A DNA stretch of 64,000 nucleotides from Enterobacterales bacterium. GTDB lineage: Bacteria > Pseudomonadota > Gammaproteobacteria > Enterobacterales > Enterobacteriaceae. The DNA lies in contig CANJWD010000002.1 in assembly GCA_947478475.1 (NCBI GenBank), positions 3,645 through 67,644 on the forward strand. The letters run 5' to 3'. Shown piece after piece: positions 31,548-42,802 of this stretch. Within the stretch, counting starts at the first letter, position 1. Each line of letters begins with the position of its first letter. The notes below the pieces were generated by a model. The model was given only the letters and a program-made list of their open reading frames with translations, searched no databases and had not been told where the DNA came from. The position numbers and the translations under genes were made by a program.

Positions 31548-31861
31548 TCCCGTTACACCATCTTCCGTTACATCATGGCCTGATTTTGGCCGCACTGCTT
31601 TTCGTGCTCGGTCTGAGTGGTTTGCTCATGCGCCGCAATTTTTTATTTATGCTGATTAATCTTGAAGTGATGATCAATGCAGCCGCACTGGCCTTTGTGG
31701 TTGCCGGGAGTTATTGGGGCCAGGCGGATGGCCAGGTGATGTATATTCTGGCCATCAGTTTAGCTGCCGCTGAGGCCAGTATTGGGCTGGCGCTGCTACT
31801 CCAGCTTTATCGCCGCCGTCACACCCTGAATATTGATACCCTCAGTGAGATGAACGGATGA
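31544..31861 (+). CDS. nuoK: NADH-quinone oxidoreductase subunit K
   Basis: 105 aa vs 100 in E. coli; [27 protein letters not shown]... Confidence 0.95.
31550..31579. repeat. 2 x 15 bp tandem duplication at the nuoK N-terminus ([10 protein letters not shown])
   Basis: ccgttacaccatctt ccgttacatcatggc; accounts for the 5 extra residues relative to E. coli MIPLQHGLIL. Confidence 0.85.
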
Positions 31862-33702
31862 CTACATTCTGTTTGATCTATTTGATTATTCTGCTGCCAC
31901 TTTCTGGTTTCCTGCTGCTGGCCTTTTCACGCGGACGCTGGTCGGAAACGACTTCAGCGGTCGTTGGGGTTGGGTCAGTAGCCCTGGCGGCATTAGCTAC
32001 CCTGTTGGTAACACTGGAGTTTCTGCATACAAAATCCACTGCTGTGGTGCTTCCATTGTGGAACTGGATGGAGGCAGGCGATTTTCGTATCCCATTAACG
32101 CTGATGTTTGATGGTCTGTCACTAACGATGTTGTCGGTGGTCACCGGTGTTGGTTTTTTGATTCATCTGTATGCCTCATGGTATATGCGTGGCGAAGAAG
32201 GTTATGCACGTTTTTTTGCCTACACCAATCTGTTTATTGCCAGTATGGCGATTTTGGTACTGGCGGATAACCTGTTACTGATGTATCTCGGCTGGGAAGG
32301 GGTAGGGATATGCAGTTATCTGCTAATCGGTTTTTACTATACCCATCCGGCTAACGGCGCCGCAGCGATGAAAGCGTTTATCGTCACTCGGGTGGGTGAT
32401 GTGTTTCTGGCTTTTGCCCTGTTCATTCTGTACCAGGAGCTGGGAACGCTGAATATCCGCGAACTGATGGTACTGGCACCACAAAAACTGGCAGCGGGTT
32501 CCACTATGGTGAACTGGGCTACGCTGCTGCTGCTGGGCGGTGCGGTGGGTAAATCGGCTCAGTTACCCCTGCAGACCTGGCTGGCAGATGCTATGGCTGG
32601 TCCGACCCCGGTTTCGGCGTTGATTCATGCTGCTACGATGGTTACTGCCGGTGTTTATCTGATTGCCCGTACCCATGGTTTATTCCTGATGGCGCCTGAC
32701 GTACTGCATTTAGTGGGGATCATCGGCGCACTGACACTCTTAATGGCGGGCTGTGCCGCTCTGGTGCAGACTGATATTAAACGCATATTGGCCTATTCTA
32801 CGATGAGTCAGATCGGTTATATGTTCCTGGCGTTAGGGGTGCAGGCGTGGGATGCGGCGATTTTTCATCTGATGACGCATGCTTTTTTTAAGGCACTGCT
32901 TTTTCTGGCATCGGGATCAGTGATCCTGGCCTGCCACCATCAGCAGAATATTTTTAAAATGGGCGGGTTGCGTAAAACCATCCCCTTCGTGTATCTCTGC
33001 TTTTTGGTCGGTGGTGCCGCGCTGGCAGCACTGCCGGTAGTCAGTGCCGGTTTTTACAGTAAAGATGAAATTTTATGGGGAGCACTGGCAACGGGCCATT
33101 TTAATCTGCTGAGCGCGGGTTTGCTGGGTGCTTTTTTGACAGCGCTGTATACCTTCCGGATGATTTTTGTTGTATTTCATGGCGAACCACACGGAGCAAC
33201 CTGTCGGCTGACGGGGCTAACCCATTATCTGCCGCTGCTGGTTTTGCTGGTGCTGTCGACGTTTATCGGTGCGCTGATAACACCTCCGCTGGCAGGGGTA
33301 TTACCGGTACACCATTTTCCGTCCACAGGAAAAATAGAGCTGGAGATTTTTTCCGGAGTGATAGTGCTGGCTGGCATTATGCTGGCAGTATTATTGTATC
33401 TGATTAAGCCAGTCTGGGTACGGCGCATCTCACAGAGTACCCTGGGGCGTCTCTTAACGCCTTTCTGGTTTCATGCGTGGGGTTTTGACTGGCTCTATCA
33501 GCGTCTGTTCGTGAAACCTTATCTTGGTATCGCAAAATTTATTCAGCCAGATTATTTGAACTCATTAATGAATATTCCCGCGGTAGCAGCCCGCTGGGGA
33601 AATCGTGCTCTGGCGGTTGCTGAAAATGGCCAGCTGCGTTGGTATGTAGCCTCTATGAGTGTGGGGGCAGTGCTGGTATTGGTGCTGCTGCTATTGATTT
33701 AA
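31858..33702 (+). CDS. nuoL: NADH-quinone oxidoreductase subunit L
   Basis: 614 aa antiporter-like subunit, colinear with E. coli NuoL. Confidence 0.95.
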   Translation: MTTFCLIYLIILLPLSGFLLLAFSRGRWSETTSAVVGVGSVALAALATLLVTLEFLHTKSTAVVLPLWNWMEAGDFRIPLTLMFDGLSLTMLSVVTGVGFLIHLYASWYMRGEEGYARFFAYTNLFIASMAILVLADNLLLMYLGWEGVGICSYLLIGFYYTHPANGAAAMKAFIVTRVGDVFLAFALFILYQELGTLNIRELMVLAPQKLAAGSTMVNWATLLLLGGAVGKSAQLPLQTWLADAMAGPTPVSALIHAATMVTAGVYLIARTHGLFLMAPDVLHLVGIIGALTLLMAGCAALVQTDIKRILAYSTMSQIGYMFLALGVQAWDAAIFHLMTHAFFKALLFLASGSVILACHHQQNIFKMGGLRKTIPFVYLCFLVGGAALAALPVVSAGFYSKDEILWGALATGHFNLLSAGLLGAFLTALYTFRMIFVVFHGEPHGATCRLTGLTHYLPLLVLLVLSTFIGALITPPLAGVLPVHHFPSTGKIELEIFSGVIVLAGIMLAVLLYLIKPVWVRRISQSTLGRLLTPFWFHAWGFDWLYQRLFVKPYLGIAKFIQPDYLNSLMNIPAVAARWGNRALAVAENGQLRWYVASMSVGAVLVLVLLLLI

Positions 33703-33722
33703 TTTAAGGAATACAAAACGCC

Positions 33723-35276
33723 ATGCTTTTACCCTGGCTAATTTTTATCCTCTTTACTGGCGGTGTACTGTGCTGGCAGTGTGAACGTTTCGGCGCCAGC
33801 GTGCCACGCTGGACAGCACTGGCAACCATGGGGCTGACTTTAGCGCTCTCCCTGCAATTGTGGTCACAGGGCGGCTATTCACTGGTGACGCCTCTGGGGA
33901 GTTTACAATGGCAGTCAGAGTTCCTTTTACCCTGGATTCCCAGATTTGGTATCAGCTTTCATCTGGCTCTTGATGGTCTGTCGTTGCTGATGGTGGTACT
34001 TACCAGCTTGCTCGGTGTCGTGGCCGTTCTCTGTTCATGGCGTGAAATCCGGCATTATCAGGGCTTTTTTTACCTGAATTTACTGTGGATTCTGGGTGGT
34101 GTCGTCGGTGTATTTCTGGCCATTGACCTGTTTTTATTTTTCTTTTTTTGGGAGATGATGTTAGTACCGATGTACTTTCTGATTGCGTTATGGGGTCATA
34201 AGGCTTCTGACGGAACAACCCGTATTGCCGCCGCAACCAAATTTTTTATCTATACCCAGGCCAGCGGTCTGCTGATGTTAATTGCGATCCTGGGTTTGGT
34301 TATGCTGAATCATGAGGCAACTGGTATCTGGACATTCAGTTATCCACAACTATTGCATACACCGATGTCTGCTGGCGCTGAATATTTGCTGATGCTGGGT
34401 TTTTTCATCGCCTTTGCTGTAAAGCTACCGGTGGTGCCTCTGCATGGCTGGTTACCGGATGCTCACAGTCAGGCTCCCACCGCCGGCTCAGTCGATCTCG
34501 CCGGAATTTTGTTGAAAACCGCTGCTTATGGTTTATTACGTTTTAGTCTGCCGTTATTCCCCAATGCATCACAACAGTTTGCGCCCATTGCAATGTGGTT
34601 AGGCGTACTGGGTATTTTTTATGGTGCCTGGATGGCGTTTTGCCAGACGGATATTAAACGCCTGATTGCCTACACCAGTGTCTCCCATATGGGCTTTGTC
34701 CTCATTGCCATCTACAGCGGGAGCCTGCTGGCTTACCAGGGGGCTGTTATCCAGATGGTCGCCCATGGGATCTCCGCGGCGGGGATGTTTATCATCTGTG
34801 GTCAGCTCTATGAACGCCTGCACACGCGTGATATGCGCCAGATGGGGGGGTTATGGGGGCGGATAAAATGGCTGCCAGCGCTGTCGTTGTTTTTTGCTGT
34901 GGCAAGCTTAGGCATGCCAGGAACGGGTAATTTCGTTGGTGAATTTATGATCCTTGCGGGTAGTTTTCAGATTGTGCCTGTTGTCAGCGTCATTTCGACT
35001 TTTGGCCTGGTCTTTGCCTCGATTTACTCGTTAGTGATGGTGCAGCGCGCTTATTTTGGCGCTGCTAAATCAGAAAAACCACTGTCAGGCATGAGTGCAC
35101 GTGAACTGTCCATTATTTTGCTACTGGTGGTGCTGCTACTTTTGCTTGGTATTTACCCACAGCCTATCCTGGACACTTCAAATGCTGCGATGAGTCATGT
35201 GCAACACGTGTTTGCGGCGTTATCAGCGCCATCGCCATCGATTTCAGCCCCCTTAATTTCAACGACAAGGCCGTAA
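33723..35276 (+). CDS. nuoM: NADH-quinone oxidoreductase subunit M
   Basis: 517 aa antiporter-like subunit; ends ...STTRP as E. coli NuoM. Confidence 0.95.
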   Translation: MLLPWLIFILFTGGVLCWQCERFGASVPRWTALATMGLTLALSLQLWSQGGYSLVTPLGSLQWQSEFLLPWIPRFGISFHLALDGLSLLMVVLTSLLGVVAVLCSWREIRHYQGFFYLNLLWILGGVVGVFLAIDLFLFFFFWEMMLVPMYFLIALWGHKASDGTTRIAAATKFFIYTQASGLLMLIAILGLVMLNHEATGIWTFSYPQLLHTPMSAGAEYLLMLGFFIAFAVKLPVVPLHGWLPDAHSQAPTAGSVDLAGILLKTAAYGLLRFSLPLFPNASQQFAPIAMWLGVLGIFYGAWMAFCQTDIKRLIAYTSVSHMGFVLIAIYSGSLLAYQGAVIQMVAHGISAAGMFIICGQLYERLHTRDMRQMGGLWGRIKWLPALSLFFAVASLGMPGTGNFVGEFMILAGSFQIVPVVSVISTFGLVFASIYSLVMVQRAYFGAAKSEKPLSGMSARELSIILLLVVLLLLLGIYPQPILDTSNAAMSHVQHVFAALSAPSPSISAPLISTTRP

Positions 35277-35282
35277 TTTGCC

Positions 35283-36740
35283 ATGACAACGATTTCCCAA
35301 CAACTGATCGCGCTGTCACCCTTGTTGATCGCCGGACTGACAGTGGTGGTGGTAATGCTGTCAATTGCCTGGCGACGTTCCCACTTTTTTAATGCCACTC
35401 TGGCCGTTATCGGTCTTAATCTGGCGCTGTTTTCTGTGTATTTTGTCGCCCAGAATGGGCCTCTTGATGTAACACCGCTGTTGCGCGTCGATGGTTACGC
35501 GATGTTTTATACTGCGCTGGTGGTAGTGGCCAGCCTGGCAACCTGTACTTTTTCTTATCCATGGCTCAGTGGCTATCCGGACAACCGTGAAGAGTTCTAT
35601 CTGTTAGTGCTAATTGCAGCGATGGGAGGGATTCTGCTGGCCTGTGCTAATCATCTGGTAGCACTTTTTCTCGGCATTGAGCTGCTCTCTTTGCCGCTAT
35701 TTGGTCTGATTGGTTATGCCTGGCGTCAGAAACGGGCGCTGGAAGCCAGTATCAAATATATGGTGCTATCAGCGGCGGCCTCATCCTTTCTGCTGTTTGG
35801 CATGGCGTTGCTTTATGCGCAAACCGGTAGTCTGTCGTTTAGTGCCATGGGCCAGATTCCCGGTGATGGTATGGCACAGCCGCCGCTGATCCTGGCCGGG
35901 CTGGGGATGATGATAGTTGCTTTGGGATTTAAATTGTCACTGGTACCATTTCAGCTGTGGACGCCTGATGTGTATCAAGGGGCACCAGCGCCCGTGGCTG
36001 CATTTTTGGCGACTGCCGGAAAAATCGCTATCTTTGCGGTATTGATCCGTTTCTTTCTGTATGCCCCGGTAGCGGATAGTGAGGCCGTGCGTCTGTTGCT
36101 TTCCGTGATTGCGGTATGTTCTATCCTGTTTGGCAATTTGATGGCACTAAGCCAGAGTAATATCAAACGGCTGCTGGGCTATTCTTCCATTGCTCATTTG
36201 GGTTATTTACTGGTAGCGTTGATAGCGCTGCGCGGGCATCATCTGGCACTGGAAACCTTAGGTATTTATCTGGCAGGATATCTGTTTAGTAACCTGGGTG
36301 TTCTGGGTGTGGTTAGCCTGATGTCCAGTCCGTACAGTGGCGAGGATACCGACTCATTATTTTCATATCGTGGCTTGTTCTGGCATAAACCGCTTCTTTC
36401 TACTGTAATGACCATAATGATGTTGTCTCTGGCAGGAATTCCGCTGACACTAGGCTTTATCGGTAAATTTTATGTCATTGCCGTGGGTGTGGGTGCAGGC
36501 CTGTGGTGGCTGACCAGCGTAGTAGTGCTGGGTAGTGCTATTGGTCTTTACTATTATCTGCGTGTCATGGTCAGTCTGTTTCTGAATGGACCAAAAAAAT
36601 TGCAGCGAGACACACCGAATAACTGGGCATTTACGGCAGGTGGAGTGGTGGTATTAATTTCTGCAATACTGGTTTTGCTACTGGGGATTTATCCGGAGCC
36701 ATTAATTTTACTGGTGCGGCTGGCGCAACCGATATTATGA
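35283..36740 (+). CDS. nuoN: NADH-quinone oxidoreductase subunit N
   Basis: 485 aa, same length as E. coli NuoN. Confidence 0.95.
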   Translation: MTTISQQLIALSPLLIAGLTVVVVMLSIAWRRSHFFNATLAVIGLNLALFSVYFVAQNGPLDVTPLLRVDGYAMFYTALVVVASLATCTFSYPWLSGYPDNREEFYLLVLIAAMGGILLACANHLVALFLGIELLSLPLFGLIGYAWRQKRALEASIKYMVLSAAASSFLLFGMALLYAQTGSLSFSAMGQIPGDGMAQPPLILAGLGMMIVALGFKLSLVPFQLWTPDVYQGAPAPVAAFLATAGKIAIFAVLIRFFLYAPVADSEAVRLLLSVIAVCSILFGNLMALSQSNIKRLLGYSSIAHLGYLLVALIALRGHHLALETLGIYLAGYLFSNLGVLGVVSLMSSPYSGEDTDSLFSYRGLFWHKPLLSTVMTIMMLSLAGIPLTLGFIGKFYVIAVGVGAGLWWLTSVVVLGSAIGLYYYLRVMVSLFLNGPKKLQRDTPNNWAFTAGGVVVLISAILVLLLGIYPEPLILLVRLAQPIL

Positions 36741-36874
36741 TATTAATGGAATTGACGTTATTTTATTGATTAAATGTAAATTAATAGAGATTATATGTAA
36801 TAAAGTACGATTTTTTACATATATTATTTTCCTAAATGGTATGATTATTTAACAAATGCGACGGTGAGGTTTGT

Positions 36875-37489
36875 ATGCCGACTTATGATGTAACGGGTGA
36901 TCCAGTCAGGATCACTTTCTATATTGCCGATGGAGGAGATGATCAGCCGCTCCACGCGGAGGTTAATGTTACCAGCATCAAAAATTCTGATTCTGTTTTT
37001 CCGAGGAACCCTGACAGGGCTGTGACAGCGTCACAACAGCATCTTTCGGATGGAATAGTAGCGGTAAGAATGAAAACTGACTGCGGTGCAGCAGTCACGC
37101 TACCTAGTTCTGTATCAAACAGTAATATTATATCGCCCTAACATTAGGAACAGAGCATACGAAGTATGCTACCCCCCTAAAAATTGTGTGACCTTTACCC
37201 GCCGATACATGAGATTGGTGCTGGCGGGGAGTGCTCATCGACATACTCACGAAAATAAAATGTTACTTTGAAATGCACTTTGTTAACAGCGCCATATCGT
37301 GACAGGCAATACCGGATTGAGCAATTTAAAACATTGGATGGTAAAACTTTATTGGTGGATAAGATCAACGCGCTGGTTAATGCCATGGCGAATTTTTCGC
37401 CCTCTGCTGCCGGAGACGTTACTTTGTCTGGCCCTGATCTGGCGAAGTTACAGCCAGTCATTACTGCCAGCTGGATGAGTTGCGCCTGA
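36875..37489 (+). pseudogene. second, heavily eroded member of the RTX/HCBP-like family
   Basis: 88-codon N-terminal ORF (RBS GGTGAGG) ends at TAA 37139-37141. After frame breaks, the 3' piece (37268-37489) reads ...YRIEQFKTLDGKTLLVDKINALVNAMANFSPSAAGDVTLSGPDLAKLQPVITASW..., the typical C-terminal module (IE-F-x-x-DG-x-x-L...LV-x-AMA-x-F-x-P...L-x-PVIAA-x-W) of haemolysin-type Ca-binding proteins. Confidence 0.5.
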
Positions 37490-37582
37490 TAGCGCAGGTG
37501 ATATCGCCGCATCAGACCTGACTGTGGCGACAGTTCTGGCACCGGCTGAGCCACCGCTGACATACCCCGTTTCGCTGAACAG

Positions 37583-37630
37583 GAAAAAACAACCCCCGAC
37601 TGCATACCGGTTGCTCAGGCAATGTCGGGG
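37583..37630 (-). terminator. probable rho-independent terminator of the winged-helix regulator gene
   Basis: On the minus strand: CCCCGAC-(23-nt loop with inner TTGC/GCAA pairing)-GTCGGGG followed by GTTGTTTTTT; lies 17 nt downstream of the regulator stop. Confidence 0.5.
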
Positions 37631-37646
37631 TAATCACTTCCAGCTT

Positions 37647-38066
37647 TTAAGCATATCCGTAAAATTTGTCGCTGCCACTCTCCGCTGCAGAATACGACAG
37701 CAGGCTGGTATCTAATCGTAGCCCATATCTGTTTATCGTTTTTATGACGTGCCCTGGCAAATTACGTTCAGTCAGTAATAACCTGAATTTATGAATGAGC
37801 TGGTGATAGTTGTTATCAGAAATTCCCTTGTAGTTCTCATACCATACTACTTTTATGATATCCTGCTTACGATTTATGTCATTAAACAAACACATAATAA
37901 GTCTTTTTTGCTTTTCATTAACATTAACGGTCACTTTCCGTTCGTGAAAATGAACTTTATTCATACAGCAATCAACAGAGATTGCTGTGCCATAGTGAAC
38001 AATATCCTCACCGTTAATATCTATGAATTTATTGTCGGTCACTACAGATACGGTATTAACATACAT
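37647..38066 (-). CDS. orphan OmpR/PhoB-type winged-helix DNA-binding protein (ToxR/CadC-like, no receiver, no TM)
   Basis: ...VTVNVNEKQKRLIMCLFNDINRKQDIIKVVWYENYKGISDNNYHQLIHKFRLLLTERNLPGHVIKTINRYGLRLD fits the trans_reg_C pattern (V-x-L-x-x-x-E-x-x-L...W...N-x-L-x-x-x-I-x-x-LR-x-x-L...I-x-T-x-x-x-x-GY-x-L). ATG 38066 has a GGAG RBS; the maximal ORF extends to 38120. Very AT-rich surroundings. Confidence 0.55.
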   Translation of the reverse strand: MYVNTVSVVTDNKFIDINGEDIVHYGTAISVDCCMNKVHFHERKVTVNVNEKQKRLIMCLFNDINRKQDIIKVVWYENYKGISDNNYHQLIHKFRLLLTERNLPGHVIKTINRYGLRLDTSLLSYSAAESGSDKFYGYA

Positions 38067-38389
38067 AAAGGTGACTCCAAATAAGTGACAAAACGGAAAC
38101 AAAAAATCAACCAGTGCCATTAATATGGATGTTAATAATATGTAAATTCAATAAGCAGATCAAATAAAACGTAATGAAATTATATAAATAACTATAAAAA
38201 AACATAAAATATACAAATTATATAAATAATATAATTAATTAACAAATAGATACATAATGTTACACATAAAAGCAAAAGTGGGGTCCAATAGCTGGCAGCG
38301 TTTCCCTGCGCTCAAAAAAAGGTGTAGTAAATGACCTTTTCTGGCACAGAAGAACAAAAATTGCGCAGCATGTGAGGCGCCAGCGCACA

Positions 38390-39910
38390 TCAGTCATCTT
38401 TTTTTTCCGGGCGCAATGCGGGAAACAGGATCACATCACGAATACTCATACTATTGGTCAACAGCATCATCAGACGATCAATGCCGATCCCTAACCCCGC
38501 TGTCGGTGGCATTCCATGTTCCAGCGCGGTGATATAATCCTCGTCGAAAAACATGGCTTCATCATCGCCAGCGTCTTTGGCATGAACTTGTGATGCAAAA
38601 CGTTCTGCCTGATCTTCTGCGTCATTTAACTCAGAAAAACCATTGCCAATTTCACGACCACCAATGAAAAACTCAAAGCGATCCGTGATGAATGGATTAT
38701 CGTCATTACGCCGCGCCAGCGGTGAAACTTCAGCCGGATATTCAGTGATGAAAGTCGGCTGAATCAGATGATTCTCTGCGGTTTTTTCAAAAATTTCGCA
38801 CTGGACGCGCCCCAAACCCCAGTTTTTTTCTGGCCTGATACCCAGTGACCCGGCAATTAGCAGCGCTTTATCCCTGTCATCTAAATCAGCCATGCTGATT
38901 TCAGTACGATACCGACAGATGGCCTCTTTCATCGTCAGCCGCGCAAAGGGTTTACTGAAATCGAAACGGTGCTCCGCGTATGGCACCACGCAGCTTCCCA
39001 GTATGCGTTGCGTCAGCGTGCGAAAAAGTTCTTCCGTCAGGATCATTAAATCGTTGTAATCGGCATAAGCCATATAGAGTTCCATCATGGTGAACTCCGG
39101 ATTATGCCGGGCAGAAATTCCTTCATTGCGGAAATTACGGTTAATTTCAAATACTCGTTCAAAACCGCCAACAATCAGGCGTTTCAGATAGAGCTCCGGA
39201 GCAATACGCAGATACATATCCCGGGTCAGCGCATTGTGATGCGTGATAAACGGGCGCGCTGACGCACCACCTGGAATAATTTGCATCATCGGCGTTTCCA
39301 CTTCCATAAACTTTCTGTCCACCATGAACTGGCGGATAGCCGTAATCACCTGAGAACGCATTTTAAAAGTATGACGCGAGGTATCATTGGCAATTAAATC
39401 CAGGTAACGCTGACGGTAACAGGTTTCTCTGTCGCTCAGGCCGTGGAATTTATCAGGTAACGGGCGCAGGGCTTTAGTCAGTAAACGCAGTTCAGTACAG
39501 TGCACAGAAAGCTCACCCGTTTTGGTTTTGAACAACCGGCCACGAGCGCCAAGGATGTCACCCAAATCCCAGCGTTTAAATTGCAGGTTATAGACATCAC
39601 CGGGCAGATCATCGCGGGAGATATAGAGCTGAATGCGCCCGCCCATATCCTGTAACGTGACAAACGAAGCTTTACCCATAATCCGGCGTGTCATCATACG
39701 CCCGGCAACACTCACTTCACTACCCAGCGCTGCTAATGCGTCATTTTCCTGGTGATCACATGCACTGTGCAGCTGATCAGAGGTGTGTTCGCGCCGAAAA
39801 TTATTAGGGAACGCTCGCCCTTGCTCCCTGAGTGCCGCCAGTTTTTTACGGCGGGCCTGTAACTCGTTATTCAGTTCCTGCGCGCTATTATCATCATGGT
39901 GATCTGACAT
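38390..39910 (-). CDS. lysS: lysine-tRNA ligase
   Basis: 506 aa colinear with E. coli LysS ([27 protein letters not shown]..., class II motifs [19 protein letters not shown]). Confidence 0.95.
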   Translation of the reverse strand: MSDHHDDNSAQELNNELQARRKKLAALREQGRAFPNNFRREHTSDQLHSACDHQENDALAALGSEVSVAGRMMTRRIMGKASFVTLQDMGGRIQLYISRDDLPGDVYNLQFKRWDLGDILGARGRLFKTKTGELSVHCTELRLLTKALRPLPDKFHGLSDRETCYRQRYLDLIANDTSRHTFKMRSQVITAIRQFMVDRKFMEVETPMMQIIPGGASARPFITHHNALTRDMYLRIAPELYLKRLIVGGFERVFEINRNFRNEGISARHNPEFTMMELYMAYADYNDLMILTEELFRTLTQRILGSCVVPYAEHRFDFSKPFARLTMKEAICRYRTEISMADLDDRDKALLIAGSLGIRPEKNWGLGRVQCEIFEKTAENHLIQPTFITEYPAEVSPLARRNDDNPFITDRFEFFIGGREIGNGFSELNDAEDQAERFASQVHAKDAGDDEAMFFDEDYITALEHGMPPTAGLGIGIDRLMMLLTNSMSIRDVILFPALRPEKKDD

Positions 39911-39919
39911 TTTTATTTC

Positions 39920-41018
39920 CTATAATCCCGCTTTGAGACTGGCTTCAATAAACTGGTCAATCGAACCATCCAGTACCGCCTGTACATTGCGTGTTTCTAC
40001 ACCGGTACGCAGATCCTTGATCCGTGCATCATCGAGTATGTAAGAACGGATCTGGCTGCCCCAGCCAATATCCGATTTACTGTCTTCCATTAGCTGTTTT
40101 TCTGCATTTTTTTTCTGCATTTCAAATTCATACAATTTTGCTTTGAGCTGCTTCATCGCCTGGTCTTTATTTTTATGCTGAGAGCGATCACTCTGGCACT
40201 GCGTGACGATATGGGTCGGAAGATGGGTAATACGCACTGCAGATTCTGTTTTATTGATATGCTGACCGCCGGCCCCGGAAGCGCGGTAGACGTCAATGCG
40301 TAAATCGGCAGGGTTAATATCAATATCAATGTCGTCATCAATTTCGGGATAGACAAATGCAGAACTGAAAGAAGTGTGGCGACGCCCGCCGGAATCAAAC
40401 GGGCTTTTGCGTACCAGACGATGCACACCCGTTTCGGTGCGCAGCCAGCCAAATGCATAATCACCACTGATTTTAACTGTTGCGGACTTCAAACCCGCCA
40501 CATCACCGTCTGATTCTTCAGTAATTTCAGTTTTAAATCCCCGGGAGTCGGCCCAGCGCAGATACATACGCAACAACATGCTGGCCCAGTCCTGGGCCTC
40601 CGTGCCCCCCGAACCGGCCTGTAGATCCAGGTAACAGTTAGCGTTGTCATATTTCCCCGAAAACATACGGCGGAACTCCAGCTGAGCTAATTTACCGTCT
40701 AATAGTGCCAGTTCAGCCACAGCTTCGTTAAATGTATCGTCATCGTTCGCTTCAACAGCCAGTTCCAGCAGGCCGGAAACATCTTTCACTCCCTGGAGTA
40801 ATTGATCGATTGTGCTGATAATTTCCTGCAAAGAAGAACGTTCTTTTCCCAGAGCCTGGGCGCGTGCGGGTTCATGCCACACCGCAGGCTGTTCCAGCTC
40901 GGCGTTAACTTCTTCCAGTCGCTCTGCTTTAGCATCATAGTCAAAGATACCCCCTCAGGAGATCAGTCCTTGCAAAGAGTGCCTGAATAGTGTTTTTTAA
41001 CGCGTTGATTTCCATCAT
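39920..41018 (-). CDS. prfB: peptide chain release factor 2 (requires programmed +1 frameshift)
   Basis: ORF0 [28 protein letters not shown] (25 codons), then the +1 frame [34 protein letters not shown]... continues into the tracked 320-aa ORF; SPF and GGQ motifs present. Confidence 0.95.
40941..40955 (-). promoter_or_regulatory. prfB autoregulatory +1 frameshift site
   Basis: Minus strand reads AGGGGG-UAU-CUU-UGA-C: internal SD-like AGGGGG three nt upstream of the CUU UGA C slippery/stop context, identical in logic to E. coli prfB. Confidence 0.9.
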
Positions 41019-41044
41019 AATATTAGATTCTTAATGTCGGATTA

Positions 41045-42802
41045 TTAACCACTCGTTATTGCCCATAACTGCTGGATTAACAGTTGCAGGTTACGAGTGC
41101 CACGAAATTCATTGATATCGAGTTTATAAGCCACTTCTGCCTCCTGTATGCGGCTGTCTGGCCAGAGTTGGGTATCAATATTAAAAGCAATCCCATCCAG
41201 CACCGGGCCACCACTCAGAGGCTCCATGATCACTTTTAAGTGGCGTTCACCGAGCAGCCGTTGTTGCAGGAGACGAAACCGGCCATCAAACACGGGTTCG
41301 GGAAACCCCTGGCCCCATGGCCCGCCAGCCCGCAGTAATTCCGCCATTTCTGGCGAAAATTCCTGCTCTGTTAGCGCGCCATCTGACCAGATAAGGCCTT
41401 CCAGTTGTGAAGGGTCTAACCATTCACTCACCAGCTCAGCAAAACAGTGCTGAAATTGATCAAACTTCTCCTGCTTCAGGGATAGCCCTGCCGCCATGGC
41501 GTGACCGCCAAATTTAACTATCAGCCCCGGATGCAAAGAATCCAGGCGGGCCAGCGCATCACGCATATGTAAACCTGCCACTGAGCGACCCGATCCTTTG
41601 AGTATTCCCTCCGTTGCCGGCGCAAAAGCGATCACCGGGCGGTGAAAACGATCTTTGATTCTCGATGCCAGAATACCAACCACACCCTGATGCCAGTGCG
41701 GATGGGTAATGGCAATACCTGTCGGTAATTCCGTCAGAGTTTGCTCCAGTTGCGTACATAACTGTAAGGCTTCCTGCTGCATACTCTGCTCTATTTCACG
41801 GCGGCTCTGATTAAGCGCATCCAGATCGCAAGCAATTTTCCGCGTCAGGGTCTCATCATCACTGAGTAACAACGCGACACCGCGGGACATATCATCCAGT
41901 CTGCCAGCTGCATTCAGCCTCGGGCCAAGAGAAAAAGCCAGATCACTCGCCATCAGCTTCCGTGCATCACGCTTGGCGACTTTCAGCAGGGCATTAATGC
42001 CGGGCCGGCACAAGCCTGCCCGAATACGGCAAATGCCCTGGTGCACCAGAATGCGATTATTGGCATCCAGCGGCACCACATCAGACACTGTACCCAGTGC
42101 GACCAGATCCAGCAGTTCCGCTAAATTAGGGATAGCCAGCCTCTGTTGATCAAACCAGCCACAGGCCCGTAGTCTGGCACGCAGCGCAATCATCAGATAA
42201 AACGTTACACCGACACCGGCTAACGATTTGGACGGGAAATTACAGCCTGGCAGATTAGGATTAACAATTGCATCAGCGGCTGGCAGGGTTTCCGCGGGCA
42301 GGTGGTGATCCGTCACAATGACCTGAATTCCTTTGCTATGAGCCAGTTCCACTCCAGCATGCGAGGTGATACCGTTATCCACGGTAACGATTAACCTGGC
42401 ATCACTGGCTGCGGCGCGTTCAACAATAGCCGGGCTCAGCGCGTAACCATCCTCAAAACGATTAGGGATTAAATAGTCGACGCTGATGGCTCCCATACGG
42501 CGCAACGCCAGCACTGCAAGCGCCGTGCTGGTAGCACCATCGGCATCGAAGTCACCGACAATCATTATCCGGCAGCCATCCGTTAACGCCTGCTGTAATA
42601 CACTGACTGCGGTAGCGATGCCATGTAGCTGCTGATAACCCAACAGCCCGTTAATACCCAGTTCCAGCTCCTGTGCATTTTTCACACCTCGTGCCGCATA
42701 TATTTGACGTAACCGCGGATGTACATTACATGGATGTATATTATCTGAAAGGTGACGGGCATCCACTACTTCACGACGGCGAAGTTGCGTTTTCATGTTC
42801 AC
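41045..42802 (-). CDS. recJ: ssDNA-specific 5'-3' exonuclease RecJ
   Basis: 585 aa; DHH motifs (IVGDFDADGATSTA, VTVDNGI, VIVTDHH), colinear with E. coli RecJ. Confidence 0.95.
   Translation of the reverse strand: MNMKTQLRRREVVDARHLSDNIHPCNVHPRLRQIYAARGVKNAQELELGINGLLGYQQLHGIATAVSVLQQALTDGCRIMIVGDFDADGATSTALAVLALRRMGAISVDYLIPNRFEDGYALSPAIVERAAASDARLIVTVDNGITSHAGVELAHSKGIQVIVTDHHLPAETLPAADAIVNPNLPGCNFPSKSLAGVGVTFYLMIALRARLRACGWFDQQRLAIPNLAELLDLVALGTVSDVVPLDANNRILVHQGICRIRAGLCRPGINALLKVAKRDARKLMASDLAFSLGPRLNAAGRLDDMSRGVALLLSDDETLTRKIACDLDALNQSRREIEQSMQQEALQLCTQLEQTLTELPTGIAITHPHWHQGVVGILASRIKDRFHRPVIAFAPATEGILKGSGRSVAGLHMRDALARLDSLHPGLIVKFGGHAMAAGLSLKQEKFDQFQHCFAELVSEWLDPSQLEGLIWSDGALTEQEFSPEMAELLRAGGPWGQGFPEPVFDGRFRLLQQRLLGERHLKVIMEPLSGGPVLDGIAFNIDTQLWPDSRIQEAEVAYKLDINEFRGTRNLQLLIQQLWAITSG
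42713..42742. repeat. 2 x 15 bp imperfect tandem duplication near the recJ N-terminus (NIHPC NVHPR)
   Basis: ccgcggatgtacatt acatggatgtatatt (11/15, core ggatgtaYatt). Confidence 0.6.
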
